This document shows positions 63,179 through 64,000 of a stretch of 64,000 nt of DNA, piece after piece; positions within the stretch are counted from its first letter, which is position 1, and each line of letters starts with the position of its first letter. This stretch comes from Candidatus Heimdallarchaeota archaeon (GTDB lineage: Archaea > Asgardarchaeota > Heimdallarchaeia > Heimdallarchaeales > Heimdallarchaeaceae). A program made the position numbers and the translations under genes. The stretch spans positions 64,001 to 128,000 of the forward strand of contig DXJF01000011.1 in NCBI GenBank assembly GCA_019057375.1. Direction: 5' to 3'. The notes under the pieces were generated by a model that saw nothing but the letters and a program-made list of their open reading frames with translations, had not been told where the DNA came from and searched no databases.

Positions 63179-63250
63179 TTGATGTATGAACAAAAATATG
63201 ACCCTGACGAAGGAGACGATGGAATTTTACCACCTGCTTGGTTGCCATAA
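63179..63250 (+). CDS. YDP/PPxWxP family peptide, copy G: (TTG)MYEQKYDPDEGDDGILPPAWLP
   Basis: Translated by hand; TTG-ATG in place of ATG-ATG; partly degenerate upstream cassette. Confidence 0.8.
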   Translation: MMYEQKYDPDEGDDGILPPAWLP

Positions 63251-63353
63251 CTGTTAGGTTTCCTCTTTCTTTCTCTTTTTTTGTCACATTTTTCTTTTGG
63301 GTGTTTTAATAGCTTCGTTCTACTTTTAGAGTAACCTTTCCAAGAGTTGAAAC

Positions 63354-63422
63354 ATGATGTATAAACTAAAATATGATCCAGGCAATGATGATGATTTACC
63401 CCCTGGTTGGTTCCCAAACTAA
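63354..63422 (+). CDS. YDP/PPxWxP family peptide, copy H: MMYKLKYDPGNDDDLPPGWFPN (22 aa)
   Basis: Translated by hand; full upstream cassette. Confidence 0.85.
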   Translation: MMYKLKYDPGNDDDLPPGWFPN

Positions 63423-63561
63423 TTAAATCATCCTTTTTCTCCTTTTTTTATCATCTTATCAACAAATCCCAGTATTTCTTAAGTATATATATGAATTTGA
63501 TTATAAGTATGCGAAACCTAACTATGTTTCCCTATACAGCAATTTAGGTGTGTGTTGAAAA

Positions 63562-64000
63562 ATGGATCTAACAAGTATTAGAAGCACCATTATCTCATTA
63601 AGAACAGCGATTGAATTACAAGAAATACTGAATTCTTTAAGGGTATTTGCCGCAAATGAAAAATCTGAAGAAATACTAGAAACTATCAACATAGCTCTGC
63701 AAAAAAGTTTTGATATTGAAGATAAAAAATCAACTGTCAATATCCTGGAGTTAAAAATAAAACAGCTTTTTGGCTCTAAAAAAAACATGAAACAGATTGA
63801 AGAACACCTTTTTTTGATGAAACAAATTGCAAGTAATTTGGATTATCAGGAAGGATTGATTTTAGCCTTTTCTATAGAATGGGGTATTGAAAGATTTAAA
63901 GGCAATGAGGAAAAAAGCTTAGAAGCATTACAAAAATCTATGGATCTCTTAGAAGCATGTAGCAACTGTAGCTGTTATACTTATAATATAACTCGTTACA
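63562..64000 (+). CDS. partial TPR-like helical protein homologous to 32867-34543 (runs off window)
   Basis: MDLTSIRSTIISLRT...AANEKSEE..MKQIA...EKSLE...KSM..TY aligns with SLNT...CANERSLE..MQTIA...EKSDE...KAM..TY; SD aggtg upstream. Confidence 0.8.
   Translation, partial: MDLTSIRSTIISLRTAIELQEILNSLRVFAANEKSEEILETINIALQKSFDIEDKKSTVNILELKIKQLFGSKKNMKQIEEHLFLMKQIASNLDYQEGLILAFSIEWGIERFKGNEEKSLEALQKSMDLLEACSNCSCYTYNITRY

Noticed and set aside
63006-63417. Minus-strand ORFs 63006-63287 and 63094-63417 in the track
   Set aside because: Antisense shadows of peptide genes G and H with no recognisable features
62820-63422. Tandem repeated units resembling a CRISPR array
   Set aside because: Units are degenerate and ~130 bp, irregularly spaced, vary at synonymous positions, and no cas genes are present; they are peptide genes

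Overview
AT-rich archaeal DNA, most likely from an Asgard archaeon of the Heimdallarchaeia type. This is inferred from a divergent archaeal 16S plus eukaryote-like genes: RING ligase, Rab-like GTPase, roadblock, OST3/6-like and UFL1-like. The left 35 kb holds separated 23S and 16S rRNA genes (both minus strand, about 11.4 kb apart). They carry three insertions that fold as bulge-helix-bulge (BHB) introns. Duplicated copies of each rRNA's 3' trailer bound cargo blocks encoding a Zn-ribbon nuclease, a large TnpB-like protein, SIR2-TPR, a STAND/Avs-like protein and two paralogous membrane receptors. The right 29 kb is mostly housekeeping: L1-P0-P1, a KaiC/roadblock/FIST/GTPase operon, NadE, RPA, TFB-like, a Tad-like pilus locus, RFC, TruA, Cdc6 and two tRNAs. 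The main unexplained signal is a family of eight 19-24 aa peptide genes missed by the ORF track (consensus MMxxxKYDP-acidic-PPxWxP). They show synonymous codon variation and share a promoter/SD cassette, and five of them sit beside two homologous TPR-like helical proteins, suggesting an undescribed peptide-receptor system. All calls come from reading the sequence by eye; no database searches were run.
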